Shown piece by piece: positions 39,363 through 51,630 of a DNA stretch of 64,000 bases. Position 1 is the stretch's first letter, and each line of letters opens with the position of its first letter. Position numbers and translations under genes: made by a program. The notes below the pieces were generated by a model, which made no database searches, had not been told where the DNA came from, and worked only from the letters and a program-made list of their open reading frames with translations. The stretch is taken from assembly GCA_900088475.1 (NCBI GenBank), contig FLMG01002851.1, positions 1 through 64,000 on the forward strand, read 5' to 3'. The DNA comes from Hyphochytrium catenoides. Lineage: Eukaryota > Protista > Hyphochytriomycota.

Positions 39363-40031
39363 ATGTCAATCAAACGAAGTTCACTGGGTAATACTCTTAC
39401 TGAGGAGGGCAAGATTTTGCCAGGTTCTAGCAGCTTCGTGGCGGCGACTAGCCGTGCGCTGAAACCGCCTGTCTTTGACCTGCAACAACAAGGAGGAGGA
39501 AGCAGCTTCGCAAGTCTTGCAGCAAGCCTTCCAGACAGCAACTCCACTTTGGGTCAAACGCACGCATCGACAAGGGTTAGTCTTCAGCAGGGGACCAATG
39601 GAACCACCTCACAGGCACAAGCGAGCTCCCGTACCACTATTTTAGGTGCCTTTGATGGCCTCAACCTTAGTCTATCTCAGACATCAGCAGACAATGTCGG
39701 CACCACATCTGAAGCCGCAAAACAGCTTGAGCTACGGCGCGCAATCAAAGAGCTGGATGAAGCTGAGTCTTCTAAAGCAAAGGTAAAAAAAAACGAGATG
39801 TCGCTGCTGATGGAACATGCCTTCCAGTCGTATGATAAAGAGGTTGAGCAGAGTGGGCTCCTCGGAGCTAGAGGGAAATCCAGCAAAGCAACAGAAAGCA
39901 GTAGACGGGGCAATGCTAGGAAACAGAAGCTTCGAAACCGTGGCCAGGCCTACAGCGACAAAGTAGAGGCCAAAGTTTCGAAAGTGATGCGGAAAGAGAA
40001 CCGGAAGCAACGCTTGCGAAGCGTCTACTGA
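39363..40031 (+). CDS. Hypothetical intronless protein with a basic C-terminal helix; possibly Alb1/Ecm1-like ribosome-biogenesis factor
   Basis: 222-codon ORF. The Ser/Thr-rich N-half is followed by RKQKLRNRGQAYSDKVEAKVSKVMRKENRKQRLRSVY. The family assignment is weak. Confidence 0.6.
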   Translation: MSIKRSSLGNTLTEEGKILPGSSSFVAATSRALKPPVFDLQQQGGGSSFASLAASLPDSNSTLGQTHASTRVSLQQGTNGTTSQAQASSRTTILGAFDGLNLSLSQTSADNVGTTSEAAKQLELRRAIKELDEAESSKAKVKKNEMSLLMEHAFQSYDKEVEQSGLLGARGKSSKATESSRRGNARKQKLRNRGQAYSDKVEAKVSKVMRKENRKQRLRSVY

Positions 40032-40170
40032 GGCTCTTCCTCTCAACAACCTTCTGCGCGCGTCAGACTACTTGGCTAAGGGAGATGGACCTCTCTTTAT
40101 CTGATGAGGGAAACAGACGGCACTTGCCTCATGTGCTCTATGTGCTAGTGAAGCTCAGGACTATTTGTTG

Positions 40171-43100
40171 TTATTTCTTGGACTTAGCGGGCTCTTTAGG
40201 CTTCCGCTTGCCGGCTTGCGCTTCCAACTTCTTCCTAAGCTCATTCTTCACCGTGGCGCGCTGGCTTGGCTTGAGCGTGTTGGGTTTAGAAGAACCAGAG
40301 AGTACACCGCCAACAATCTAACCATCACGAAGTCATCAGCCTTTTCCAAGGACAAGCCGCAGTTTTGTGAATACAGCGTACCTGCGCCTGGCGCTTAAAG
40401 GCCTTCGAGGCCTCCTCTCTTGCCGCAGAGCCGCAGCCGTGGACTTCAGGAATGCCATGGCTGAGATCAAGAGGCTGCTGGTTAATTTATTGCCTCTACT
40501 GTTAGAATAAATAGTAAGAGAGATAAATCGTCCTTACGATATGCAAAAGCGGTTCTTGCAGTGTGCGCAAGTGGATCCAATGAGCTCCACACGCTTCCCA
40601 CAGCCAAACCAGCACTTTGACGCCTGATGCACTGCCATGTCTAACGCTTGAGTCATGGCTTCTATTTCTTGAAGTTCCTCTTCTGCAGTCTTGCCGTGTC
40701 CTGTACGAGTTTCGTTAGTAAGGACTGTTCTCACGACCCCAAGACTGATAAGCTCTTCATAGAACTTACCCTTGCTCTTTGCTTGCTTCTTCCCCTTCTT
40801 TCTCTTGCTGGACGGCTTCTGTTGTTCCTTGGCACTCATACTAAAAGATGCTTCAGCGTTAGGTGGCGCCAATGAAGCTGCTCGCCGCAGTCGCTCTTCA
40901 TGGAGCTGCTTGAGCAATACGTTCCCTGAAAGGAGGTCTGCTGCTGGCTTCCCTTCTACTTCGTCCTCTGATGAGCTTGATTCTAAGACATAGAGAGAAG
41001 GCTTCAAGCCAGCTGGTCGCTCTTCGTCACTCTTTACTTCCTGTACTTCCCTGTCCTGCTCATGTTGCCTCTTTTGAGACTGTATCTGCGGCTCAGGCGC
41101 TTTCGTAATCATCACGTAGCGCTCAGTACCCGTTCCATAGCTGTCATGGGCTAATCCTAGCTCTTCAGCCGTGGCATGGACTAAACGCCTCTGGAACGCG
41201 GTCAAGGTGGATGGAAATGATAGTGTGCTTGCGTTATCGGCTTTGGAAAACTTCTGAACCTAGAAAGAATGTTACCGTTGAGCAAAGTCTCATGCGCTAA
41301 TTCGCTCTTATAGGACCCCTAAGTACCTGATCAACAATCTCCATGCTAGCATCGTCGAGCTCATCCTCCTCAGCATGTGGCTGGTTTATAACTTTAGATT
41401 GGTTGCTGGCGTGATTGTGTGAAGAACTGGGTCTTGATGATAGGGCATACTTGGGCATAGCAGCCTCTGACGGCTTCTTGCTCTTTTTGGCAGTTTTTTT
41501 TGGAACTTGGGAGGCTTTCGGGGTTTGTCTCGGCCGCAGGAAGGATTCCGGCATAGAAGACTCAGGAAGATCTTCGTCACCCTCATAAGACTTTCCACTA
41601 ATGCAGAGGCCATGGCTCTGTAAATGGTCCACCTGTGGGAGAGGTGTTAGGGTTGGGTCAGATGAGAGCTACCAGCGTCTACTTAGAACTAGCCGACCAA
41701 AGGTCTACCAAGGACTAGCCCAGGAGGAGACAATTCGACGTCTGCGGAAGCGTGGAACCAGATAATGGGGACAGAGTGAACGAGAGTAAGAAGACCAATC
41801 GCCAAAGAATTAATCCGAAAGGGCTTGCCAAGAAGACATTTGGGGTTGCTCACCAATCCCGCGATAAATTCATCCTGGCAGACAGTCGATGGGTCGCAGA
41901 TGATGGCGCAGTGCCGCTTAGCCCTAGTCACTGCCACGTTTAACCGGCGCCGATCGGCAAGGAAGCCCACTTCACCTCTTTTGTTAGAGCGCACAAGGGA
42001 CAGTATTACTGCTTCCCTCTCGCCTCCCTACGAGTAAATCTTAGATAGGGAATTGCAACCAGGCGACACTCTGGGCACCTGAAATCCATCAACAGAGCGC
42101 ACTTGAACCTTGGGCATCGAGGGAGAGATCAGGCATTTCAATAACTCCACCTTCCGGAACGGTGTTGATGTCAGGGGTGGAAATGTGGCCGGAGCAGGCA
42201 GAGGATCAAAATACCTGTGCATTGTATGGCGTGATCACTGCAATGTTCTCCTGCGGCAGACCGGCACGGACCAAGCGGTGGACATGACGAGCCACGATGG
42301 ACGCTTCGCCTGCGTTGAACTTGGATTCGCTAGATGGAGCTAAGTTATCATTTACCCCGAACGGAGGTAAATATGTCCAGGATGATGCGCACCTGGTCTC
42401 GTGCGTCTGTTCCTCACAGTCACAGCCTTCAGTATCGACCAACACCAGAACCGAGTGTACCTCGGGATCATCTTCCTCGAAGCTCAGAGTGATAATATCG
42501 GCAAGCGTATGTCCTGCCACCGTCTCATCCGACAGCAAGCGCCCTGTGAGGTAGATAGATGCAAAAGCTCAGTCAGTATTAGAAGACCATGAATCTCTTA
42601 AGAAGACTGTAACTACCTACCCCCATACAGAGCATCAGAGGCCCAGCTACAAATAAGGTGATTCATCCGGTACTGCGTGTCAAGCATCACTGCGACCTCA
42701 TCCTGATATAGACTGCAAAGCGTAAGATAAAAGGTAATAATGGTGACCCAACAACCACCTCACCGATGGATGCGGTCAAAGAGCGTAACTCCCAACCCTT
42801 CACGCTCTGCCTGTGGAGACTTGATAGTTGGGGGGAGTTGATTGTGATCTCCTGCAAGCACTACTCTAGCGCCCTAATCATTCAGAGAGAGTCGCTAGTC
42901 AGCATTTTCTATATTGCTTCGGCAGAAGTTGGTGACCTTGAGGATAGGAATCCAGCACGACGCCTCCAAAGCTTGTGCTGCTTCATCTATAACCACGACA
43001 TCGAACTCCACTTGCTCTAGCGTCCGCATGCCGGCTCCAATATTAGTGGCACAAATGACGTTGCTCTGTCGGACGATCTGCATGATTGTCAACCGAGAAA

Positions 43101-44554
43101 AACAAACAGATCATTCGCACCTATGCCTCAAAGGACCTGGGGATATGCGCAAGTGGACTTACTTCCTTCACAGCACCTTCCTCCCGCTGGCGAAGCTCTT
43201 TTCTCAAAATCTTCAACTCCTTTCGGAGCTCTCTCTTAGCATCCTTGCTCTTCGACTTCATGATGTTCTTGTACACTGAATTCAACTCCTTTCGGATGTC
43301 CCCAACAATCTCTGTGGCATCTGAAGCCTAAGAGAGGAGAGAGCGGCCAAAGGCGTTTACACCAAAGCATGATGGGGATTCTAACGTACTCATCAGTTCA
43401 CAGCAGTACCTGAACCCTGGCATCTAAGCAGTGGCGCAAGATTTGTGGCAGCATCCGGGAGGGATGGCCAAGCCTCAGAACTCGTGGCTGTGATCCTTTG
43501 ATGGCAATTATAAGCGCCTTGTAATTAGAGTTCTTTTGATGGGCAAGTCCTGCTTACCTTTGATGGGGACGACCAATCTCTCAACGATGTTGTCTACAGC
43601 AACGTTGGACGGAGCACATACCAAAATCTTCAGGTCCTGAGCCACCAGCTGGCGGATAAGCTCAACTACAACTGTGGTCTTGCCTATCAACGGTGTGACC
43701 GTAAGCCCTTGGTTGCTTTGAGAGTCTAAGGTTTGCCTGTAAGCTCATTAGTACCTGTGCCGGGTGGGCCATGAATAAGCGCGACGTCCTTCGAGCTGAG
43801 TGCGAAGGAGATAGCGCCAAGTTGAGATGAGTTCAGGTTCTGGTTGAAAGGCTTGAAAGGCCTGCTGGTTCCTCTCTCGGGCCGTTTACCATGGAAGACG
43901 CTTGATACAGCGATAGTCACTTCATTGTCAAGAACGATGAGGTTATTCGAGAACCCACTTACACATTCACCACTCTTGCGCCAAGATCATGGCCTGCACT
44001 GCGCTCCAGCGCTCGCAGACCTTCCTCCAACTTATTGTACGTCACCTCATTGGCTAGTTGATCTATCCGCAGTGGCTCTGGGGGCAGATCGACCTCATCT
44101 AGCTTGTCACAAGCGACAGATATGGACGTATCTGTCACTTTGGAGACCACTCCGGTCAGACCCCCCGATACATATTGTGAGTCTACAGGGTCACGAGAGC
44201 TTTTAAGGCCCACAATGTCACCAACAGTAATGCGATTTGCGGGCAGTTGAGGCCTTGAGCCGTGTTTAAGCTCCACCACGCTACGTCCAAAGAGTCCTGA
44301 CTGAAGAGAAGCAACTCTCAACGAGAGGATGCTTGTGCCGCGTGCTTCGCATTCCTATAATAGGACAAGAACCAGCACGAAGCCTATAAGAAAGATGTAG
44401 AACGCTACGAGTCGCACTTCCGAACCTTTGCGGAGAGGTCATTCAACTGACTGTTAGATTGCTGCACCTCCTCCTGCTTCTCAATCGCTAGCAAGTGGCG
44501 CTGCTGCTTCAACCAGGCCTCCAACCCAATCTTAGCTTCCACCGTTGCCTCCAT
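40171..44554 (-). CDS. IGHMBP2: IGHMBP2/SMUBP-2-like SF1 (Upf1-like) helicase with R3H and AN1 zinc-finger domains; multi-exon
   Basis: [88 protein letters not shown]3[21 protein letters not shown]1 C..GC...[18 protein letters not shown]. Confidence 0.93.
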
Positions 44555-46181
44555 TTTGCCTATAGCGACCCAGCTTCCTCTGGATTATGCTGGAGAAGAG
44601 AGAGTAGGTTCTGTCCTCAGGACAGAAGGAGCTTCGTTGAGCTTAATGATGATTTGAGATGAAGGCGCACTCTGTTGCCGAGGACGGAGGATTGTGAACT
44701 GGTGATGGAAGAGGTTGGTTATCACCATTCCAGTCATCCTCCAGGACATCAGAAGGCTGATCAGAATCAGGGATGATGGGAAAAGATATTCCCATCGCGG
44801 CTCCTCGGAGTTGAGAGCGCGAGACAGAGGAAGAGAACGAAGGAGACATGCGGAAGAAGTTGAAGAAGCAACACACTGAAGCGAAGAAGATGTTCCTTCT
44901 CCCGGTTGGCAACAGACCTTGCCTTTCTTAGACGGAGGTGTGGCAGTGAAGTGCTCCTCCTTATCGTTGTCTCCTGTTGTTGGTCTGATTGATGCATACT
45001 ATCGACAGCTCATGCTCCTCGAGTTGATAACGGCGCCTTATCCTCGAGTAGCTTGACTGTGAATTAGAGTCTGCGGAGATTCATAAAATGGGTCGACGCC
45101 ACCTCACACTGAATTGCACTGTTTGCACCATTTTACCGTGACCCAGCCAAACGCTCAAGTGACTGCTAAGCCATCCACAGTCACAAAGAAGTTCTTCGCC
45201 TCAGCTTCACTTTTTCAATCCTTTCTCCGCCACCCCGTGATCAACATAAGGCACAGACTGCTCCAAACTTCGGTCAAGCTGCCGTAGGACCTTATGGATG
45301 GTTTCATTACCGCAGCTCCCCATGCTGTTGGCTCACTGCCTTCCTCCTCTTGTCATTCCCTAACGCATGCATCTTCACAGACAAGGAGGCGATAAAGGGT
45401 CTAGAGTATTGGATACATAGGGATACACAATCTAGTGAACGATGTTCCTTTCCAGCTGACTTTGCAGATCGTCGGGAGCCATACGAAAGCCCTCCATTGC
45501 GGACAGATCGTCACCAATCCGGTAGACTATCAATGGAGGAGCGCAGAATCAGAGATGATGAAGAACCTGACGGTCTGTTATTATGGCACACATACAATCT
45601 AAAAGAAAGGCAGTCCTCTAGCTGCTGCTCCATCGCCGCCCTGTCTCTCTCTTGGCTGACAATGTCCTGACTCCTAGCCAACAAACCGCCTTTGCAGACC
45701 TCAGCAGAGCACCAAACCACAAAGATCTTGACGAGTGGGAGAGCTGATGGGCCCTAACGATCTTCACTCCTGGGGGTCTACAACTTTATCGTGAATGTGG
45801 TTTCCTATAGTAGATATTATTATAGATCAACGTGTCCTAATTCGGAATGCTTCTCACAGTGGTCACTACTGCAATCGAAGTATTTGTTTGGTCGCTCTAG
45901 TGCAGCAAATCTTGCTTTCTGCATTGCTGATGAGTTTTGGGCCACTGGAGGCCCTGAGGCCTGAGGCACTCACTCGAGGAACAGCACTATCCATTGAAGG
46001 CTAGGAGGTATCAGAAACTCTCTCCTCCTCACTGGATTTGCGGCGTCTCAATAGCAGCACAGGGAGTTCACCTCAGCTCGGCCTCCTCCTTGTGGCTGGA
46101 TAAACTTGCTTCGGCGTTGAGGAAGAGCACGTGCTACGTGTGTCAAGGCAGCCGAAAGACCAGCACTACCCACCCGTTGAG

Positions 46182-48762
46182 ATGGCGTTCAATGGCTTCA
46201 ACTGGGGCTCAGGCTCTTTCTCGAGCACCGCCAGTAGCTCCTCGGCCCTGAAGCGCCAACGGGACGAAGCTTCCTTTGACCGAATAGGTTCAGTCCCAAA
46301 GAAAGGTAGCGCTGTCAGGCTGCTCCACAAGAGCTTTATGTGTCGTTGATTAAGCTAACCCTGTCCCTTTCTTGCTCCTCGACCCGCAGTGGCTGGTAGC
46401 AGCTTCGCATCTTCTTCGCTATCCCACAGTGCTGATTTTTCCAGTAGAGGGCTCTACAAGCCTCGGAGAAGTAAAACTGAAGAGCTGACTAGACAGCTCG
46501 CCGCGCTAAACAAACATTTTAGTGCCTTCATAGAGCAACAGCACAGAGAGAATCCTGGAGAAGATTGGACTGCAGGTAAGAGTGAAGAGACGAAACAGTG
46601 ATGTCACGTCAGAGCTATCCTATTCCACCAACTTTCTTAGTCCTTCTCGGTGTGCTTTGAAATGTCCGATGGTGACAAAGGCTCCCTGACATGGCGCTTG
46701 ACAGGCGTTCGGGACTATCTCTCCTATCTGTCGCAGCTCAAAGAGACCTTCGTACCTCAGAGTGGGAAGGTATTTACCTTTGGCAGTGGTGATTGTGGGC
46801 AGCTAGGACATGGAGTCGAGGAAGAGTCGGACCTTAGTGTGCGCTATCCTCGGGTGGTCCGTTCTCTGTACGCCGTTAACTTCGTGAAGATCTCCTGCGG
46901 TGGACTACACACGGTGGCGCTGACAGCTGAAGGGCAAGTCTACTCTTGGGGATGCAATGATGACGGCGCTCTAGGCCGAACCATGAAGGAAAGCGCGGAG
47001 GAGAATATCCCCACGCTTGTGTCAGGATTTCCAAATAACCCTTTGATAGTTGATGTAAGAGAGATGCCACGCGGACTTTATGAACGGGACAACCCATTGC
47101 CCCGGTCTTTCGCCGCTCCGTCAAATAACCCATGGCTCTCCCGCCCCGTATTCTCTTCCTCGGTCTTCATTACGCGTCTTTTGTCAGTCACCGTTTGCTC
47201 TTACCCTATTCTGCAACAGGTGGTCGCTGGTGATTGTCACTCGACAGTGCTCTCTGTAGAAGGTACGCTAATGGCTGCGTAAGACCCTCTTTCCTGGGCG
47301 AAGTGATGAACTTGACGGTTCTCAATCTCTTATAGGTGACGTCTACGGCTGGGGCTGTTATAAGGATAAGGATGGTAAGAACTGGTTCCACGACCAAGAG
47401 TCATCCAAATCCTTCAAGAAGAAGCAGGTTCTCGACATTGCAAGTATGCAGGGTCATCATAGCTTCCTAATATATTCTCGCCGACCCTCTCTGTCTTCCA
47501 GCTGACTCCAATGCTTATCAGAGGCGTCACAAACGCTGTAGAGATCAAATGTGGTGCCAGCTTCACTGTTGCCCGGACTGCAGATGGAGCGTTGTGGAGT
47601 TGGGGTCTAGGAGAAATGGGCCAGGTAACGCTCTTCTCGCTTTATAGCGTCCACCTAGGACACCTTGGCCTGGGTAGGCTCTCTATGCTCCCCTGTATCG
47701 CTGAGAGTTCTTTGTGTCGTTTGTGCAGCTAGGTCGGCCTGTAATCAAGGAGTTCAAAGACTCGGAACATGAATACCTGGTGGCGGATATCATTCGAGAC
47801 CATCTAACACCTGCCCGGGTTCAGTTGGATCGAAAGCCAGTGGCAAATGTGAAGGTCGTTGGCTGTGGTGCTTACCATACACTTTTCTCAATGGCGATTG
47901 GCAATAGGACCTTCGCCGTAGGTAAGCCTGATACCTCTTGCCATCCCGATCACGATAATTGAGAGTTCCCCGTTTACAACGTACTTGTTTCCAGGGCTAA
48001 ACAACTACGGACAGTTAGGGCTAGGAGACACAGATGCAAGGTATGTATTGCCACCTGGCCGTGCCAGATCGCGCACTAACGGATGCACTCTACTATTTGC
48101 CGTTTTGTTCTTCTTCTATAGATGGGAACCCGTCAGAGTCTCGGCCTTAGATCCTTACAAGCTCATCCGCATTGCCGGAGGAGTGCATCACTCAATGGTG
48201 CTCACATGGGAGGGCAAGGTGCTGACATTCGGCCGCTCGGATTCAGGGCAGCTGGGAGATGGTTCCACAGGGGGCCCAGGATCCTTTACTGACAGGTAAG
48301 GCGTCGCTGTGAAGCTTTTCAATGGTCGAGGAGCTATCCCAAACCTGCTAGTAGCGATATCACCCCGTATCAGAACTAACCTGGACTCTTTTCGCGTGAC
48401 GCTTATTTCAGACCTCAGCTCATCAAGATAGGGGACGACAATGAGCCTATCGTGGCCATCTCTTGTGGAGCAAACCACAACATGGTGCTCTCCAAGAGTC
48501 AAACAGTTTATGCTTGGGGCTACGGAGACATGTACGCACTAGGGACAGGAAAGGACAAGGATGAAGTGCGGCCAGCTAAGTTGCGATGGGACAAGGTAGC
48601 GGTAGACAATGACAAACAAGTGCTGCAGGTCTGTTCCCTCCCAAATATTCATTATGTTCTGACCTCTTGACCTTACCTCAGTCGTATTCTTGCTCCCTCT
48701 AGGTGGAAGCAGGAGGTCAGCATTCCGCAATTATCATAAAGGGTAAAATCTCCGTCAATTAA
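46182..48762 (+). CDS. RCC1: RCC1 (Ran GEF, seven-bladed propeller) with an N-terminal Nup50/Nup2-like helical domain; multi-exon
   Basis: RCC1-orthologue motifs GKVFTFGSGDCGQLG, CGGLHTVAL..GQVYSWGCNDDGALGR, VVAGDCHS, WGLGEMGQLGR, GLNNYGQLG, AGGVHHS, FGRSDSGQLG, WGYGDMYALG, AGGQHS. Exons 46182-46305, 46390-46575 and 46705 onward join in frame. Confidence 0.9.
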
Positions 48763-48862
48763 TTATTCAGTGGAGTTGAAGCTCCATAGTGACTATATCA
48801 CAGCTTGTCAATCTGAAGATCAACAGCGAACAGCAGCTCACATCTACGGTTACGGATAACAT

Positions 48863-51630
48863 TCAGCTATAGAGGTCTATAGTGCACATCACCTTGATCA
48901 AGGAAGAGATGTCGAAAGGATTAGCGGTGATGGGGAATCGGCGGACTTGGTCATTCGCGACTATCTCTGCTGCTATTAGATCAAGTGGTGCATTCTCCGC
49001 TGTCGTTAGGAGATGGATATCGGGTGGGCTTGCCTGTCGTCTTTTAGTAGGAGACTTCGCTGGAGATCCCTTGCTGGACATAAGGCCATTTGGGCAAAAG
49101 TGTCAAATGGATTGAAGTGATGGCTACACAGGCTGAAGGTTCCTAACCTTATCATTAGCCGGGAGGAAATGGCATCGGCTAAGCCGCCCGTGCCGCTAAT
49201 GACAATGAGGGGCCAGCCTTCCTTGGCTAAGCTCTGGGCAATGGAAGCTTTATTGGGCATGAAAGATTTGAGTGAAAGGTCCGTGCAAGGTTGGTCCATC
49301 CTTACCAAGCTCTTACCATCTCGCTCTCCCCCTCCGGTCAGCACAGCAACAACTCTGCCATTGCCACCTATAACTCTAGCCAAATCCACGACATCCGCTC
49401 CTACGGCGTCTGGGCTCTGCTCTCCGACCAGCACGACGTGGGAGGCATAAGTAGCAGGGAATGTCATCGTTGACCCTAAAGAGTACAGCGACAGTGAGGG
49501 ATGTGAACAGGAGGTATTAAGGTTAGTTCCAGTCAGTCGTGCCTCTGCTCGTGCCTCCAATGTAAGTGACAAACCTGGTAGCGGAGCCGGAGCGATGCCA
49601 GCTATGTCCACAGCCTTTAACAGCTGATAGGGAATCTGATCGGACGAGTGCAGACGACAGAGACTTTGGCCCACGCTGACATCGAGGACCATTGCATCTG
49701 CAAGCGCTGCGGTCCTTGCAATTGCTCCCAAGAACAGTCTGAGATAGTCCAGTTCTTGAACCCCATCGTTGACAGACGAAGTGCCTGATAACAGGAAACC
49801 ACGTCAGAGAAGTATAGGGAGGAAGGGAGAAGTAGGCCTACCAAGCAGTACAATCACCGGAAAGCGCCAGTCATGCATACCGCGACGCTCTCCTCTGATT
49901 ATGGCAATATCAGATTCGTTTATAGACTTGCATCCACTCTATCATCATCACGTCCCAGAATGGATGGCGTTAGAGTTCCGTCGTCTGTCTGTGCAGCTGA
50001 GGGAGACTTACCTGTATGATAACAGCGTTGCTTGGCAGAGTGATGCCCTGGTCCTTTAGTCTAGACAGTGCCTAGTAAGTCTCAGAGTTAAGAGGTCCGC
50101 CAGCACACTTACTTCTGTCTCCAAATGCTCTCCGCCGACGGCTGGCTTCCCTCTGGCTCCTGGGTAGGAAATAGTCTTCACTATATGTCTTGCAGCGAAG
50201 GATAACACTCTTCTTACCTCGCGCCCTTCCTCCATGTCGCCTTCAATAAATGGAGGCGGTCTTTGCGGTTTTGCCTTAGGTTCAAGGGGTCTGGCATCCA
50301 GGGATTCGTCATGTTGGGCCTCGTTGAAAGGCCGAGGTAAGCTTTGAGCACTTTCAGCGACTGATGAGGCTTTCTCAGCACCCGTGGTTGGCAGTGACGG
50401 TACTTCTTTGGGCAGCACCAGCTGATCCCCCTTATGTTCTTCCTTCTTAGAGGGTAAGCTTCTTTCCGCCTGGCTAGGGATGAGCGTGATCTCTCGAGCG
50501 GTCTGGGGAAGCTCTTGAGGGTTTGAATAAGTTTGCGGCGTCGACGAAACCCGTTCAGTGGCTTGCTGCTCTATCAGATCATCCATCTCTCTTGACACAG
50601 CGGGAGGCCCTTTCAAGGAGACTTTCTGAACAAGAGGATGCTCTTGAACCTGAACCGCGGTTCTTGGTGCAGCTGGAGGTCCCTTCAGTGGCATCTCTGA
50701 CCCTTCTTGCTGCCGCTTTGGTCCCTCCCTTGCGTTCGCCTCAGGCTCAGAGTTCTGAATCGGAGTAACAGCTCTCTGTTCTTTACCCTTAACAACCTCT
50801 AAGGGCTCAGCAATACGCTCTGACGGTACGTTTGCAGCTACAGATTGCAATTTGCTCTGGACCTGTATGGACTCTGCCGGAGGCCGCTCTTCCTCCAAAG
50901 GGAGATGGTCAGACGCAGTCTTCTCCGCGTGCTCAATATTTTGACTCAGTGAAGAAGCGATACTAGGAGTGGGTTCATCAGGACTGGTAAGAGAAGAGCA
51001 TGAAGATTCGCTAATAGGAGCTGAAGGAGAGAAGGCGACCTTTGTCAGAGGCTCATTTACTGCTGGATTCTCAGTTGGCTGTGGATTTGGTGGGAGGCCT
51101 TCGTTCAGGGTCCTCGGTTCAGCGATTGACACCGGCAAATTCTCGGCTTCCTTCACTGGCAACTCATACGACACTCCTTCGTCCTCTAGAGGAGCTACAG
51201 CATTTTGATCTCCTGTTGCACCGGTTGGAAGCACGAGCAGAGTGCTTGCCGGAAGGGACAAAGCAGAATCCAAGGGCAGTGGTGCTGGGCCGTCAGCTAA
51301 TTTAGCGGTTGGGGCCAGTGGGCCTACATCTGGAGGTGACAAAGTGGTATCCTCTGTGAGACCTGGAGCCTCCATTAGATTGCCGACTGATTGCAGGGAA
51401 GAGATATTCTCAGCGGTGTCAGAGGGCAGAGAATCTGCCACCGGGGTTGGATCTGTGACAGCTGAAGCTTGTAACCTAGCAGCACGTGCTGCCACCATCT
51501 CCTTCCCCTCATCTGTATCTTCGTACGAAGGTCCCACAACCGGTGCCAAGACATTATCATCTTCGGGAGGTCTCAAAGCTCCAACAGGCTGCTCTGGGAC
51601 AAGAAGCGGAACAGCCTGACTCTCTTCCAT
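48863..51630 (-). CDS. Protein with a ~500-aa Pro/Glu/Ser-rich disordered N-terminus and a C-terminal SLOG (LSDAT/TRPM-N-like) domain
   Basis: Spliced C-terminal part PVIVLLG...LRLFLGAIARTAALADAMVLD...IAGIAP...SHVVLVG...VVAVLTGGGE...GWPLIVISGTGGLADAIS follows the LSDAT motif order. The first ATG (MEESQ) is at 51630. Confidence 0.7.

Noticed and set aside
44643-45720. Possible minus-strand hypothetical gene between IGHMBP2 and RCC1
   Set aside because: Several short ORFs, but no coherent model or homology that I can support.
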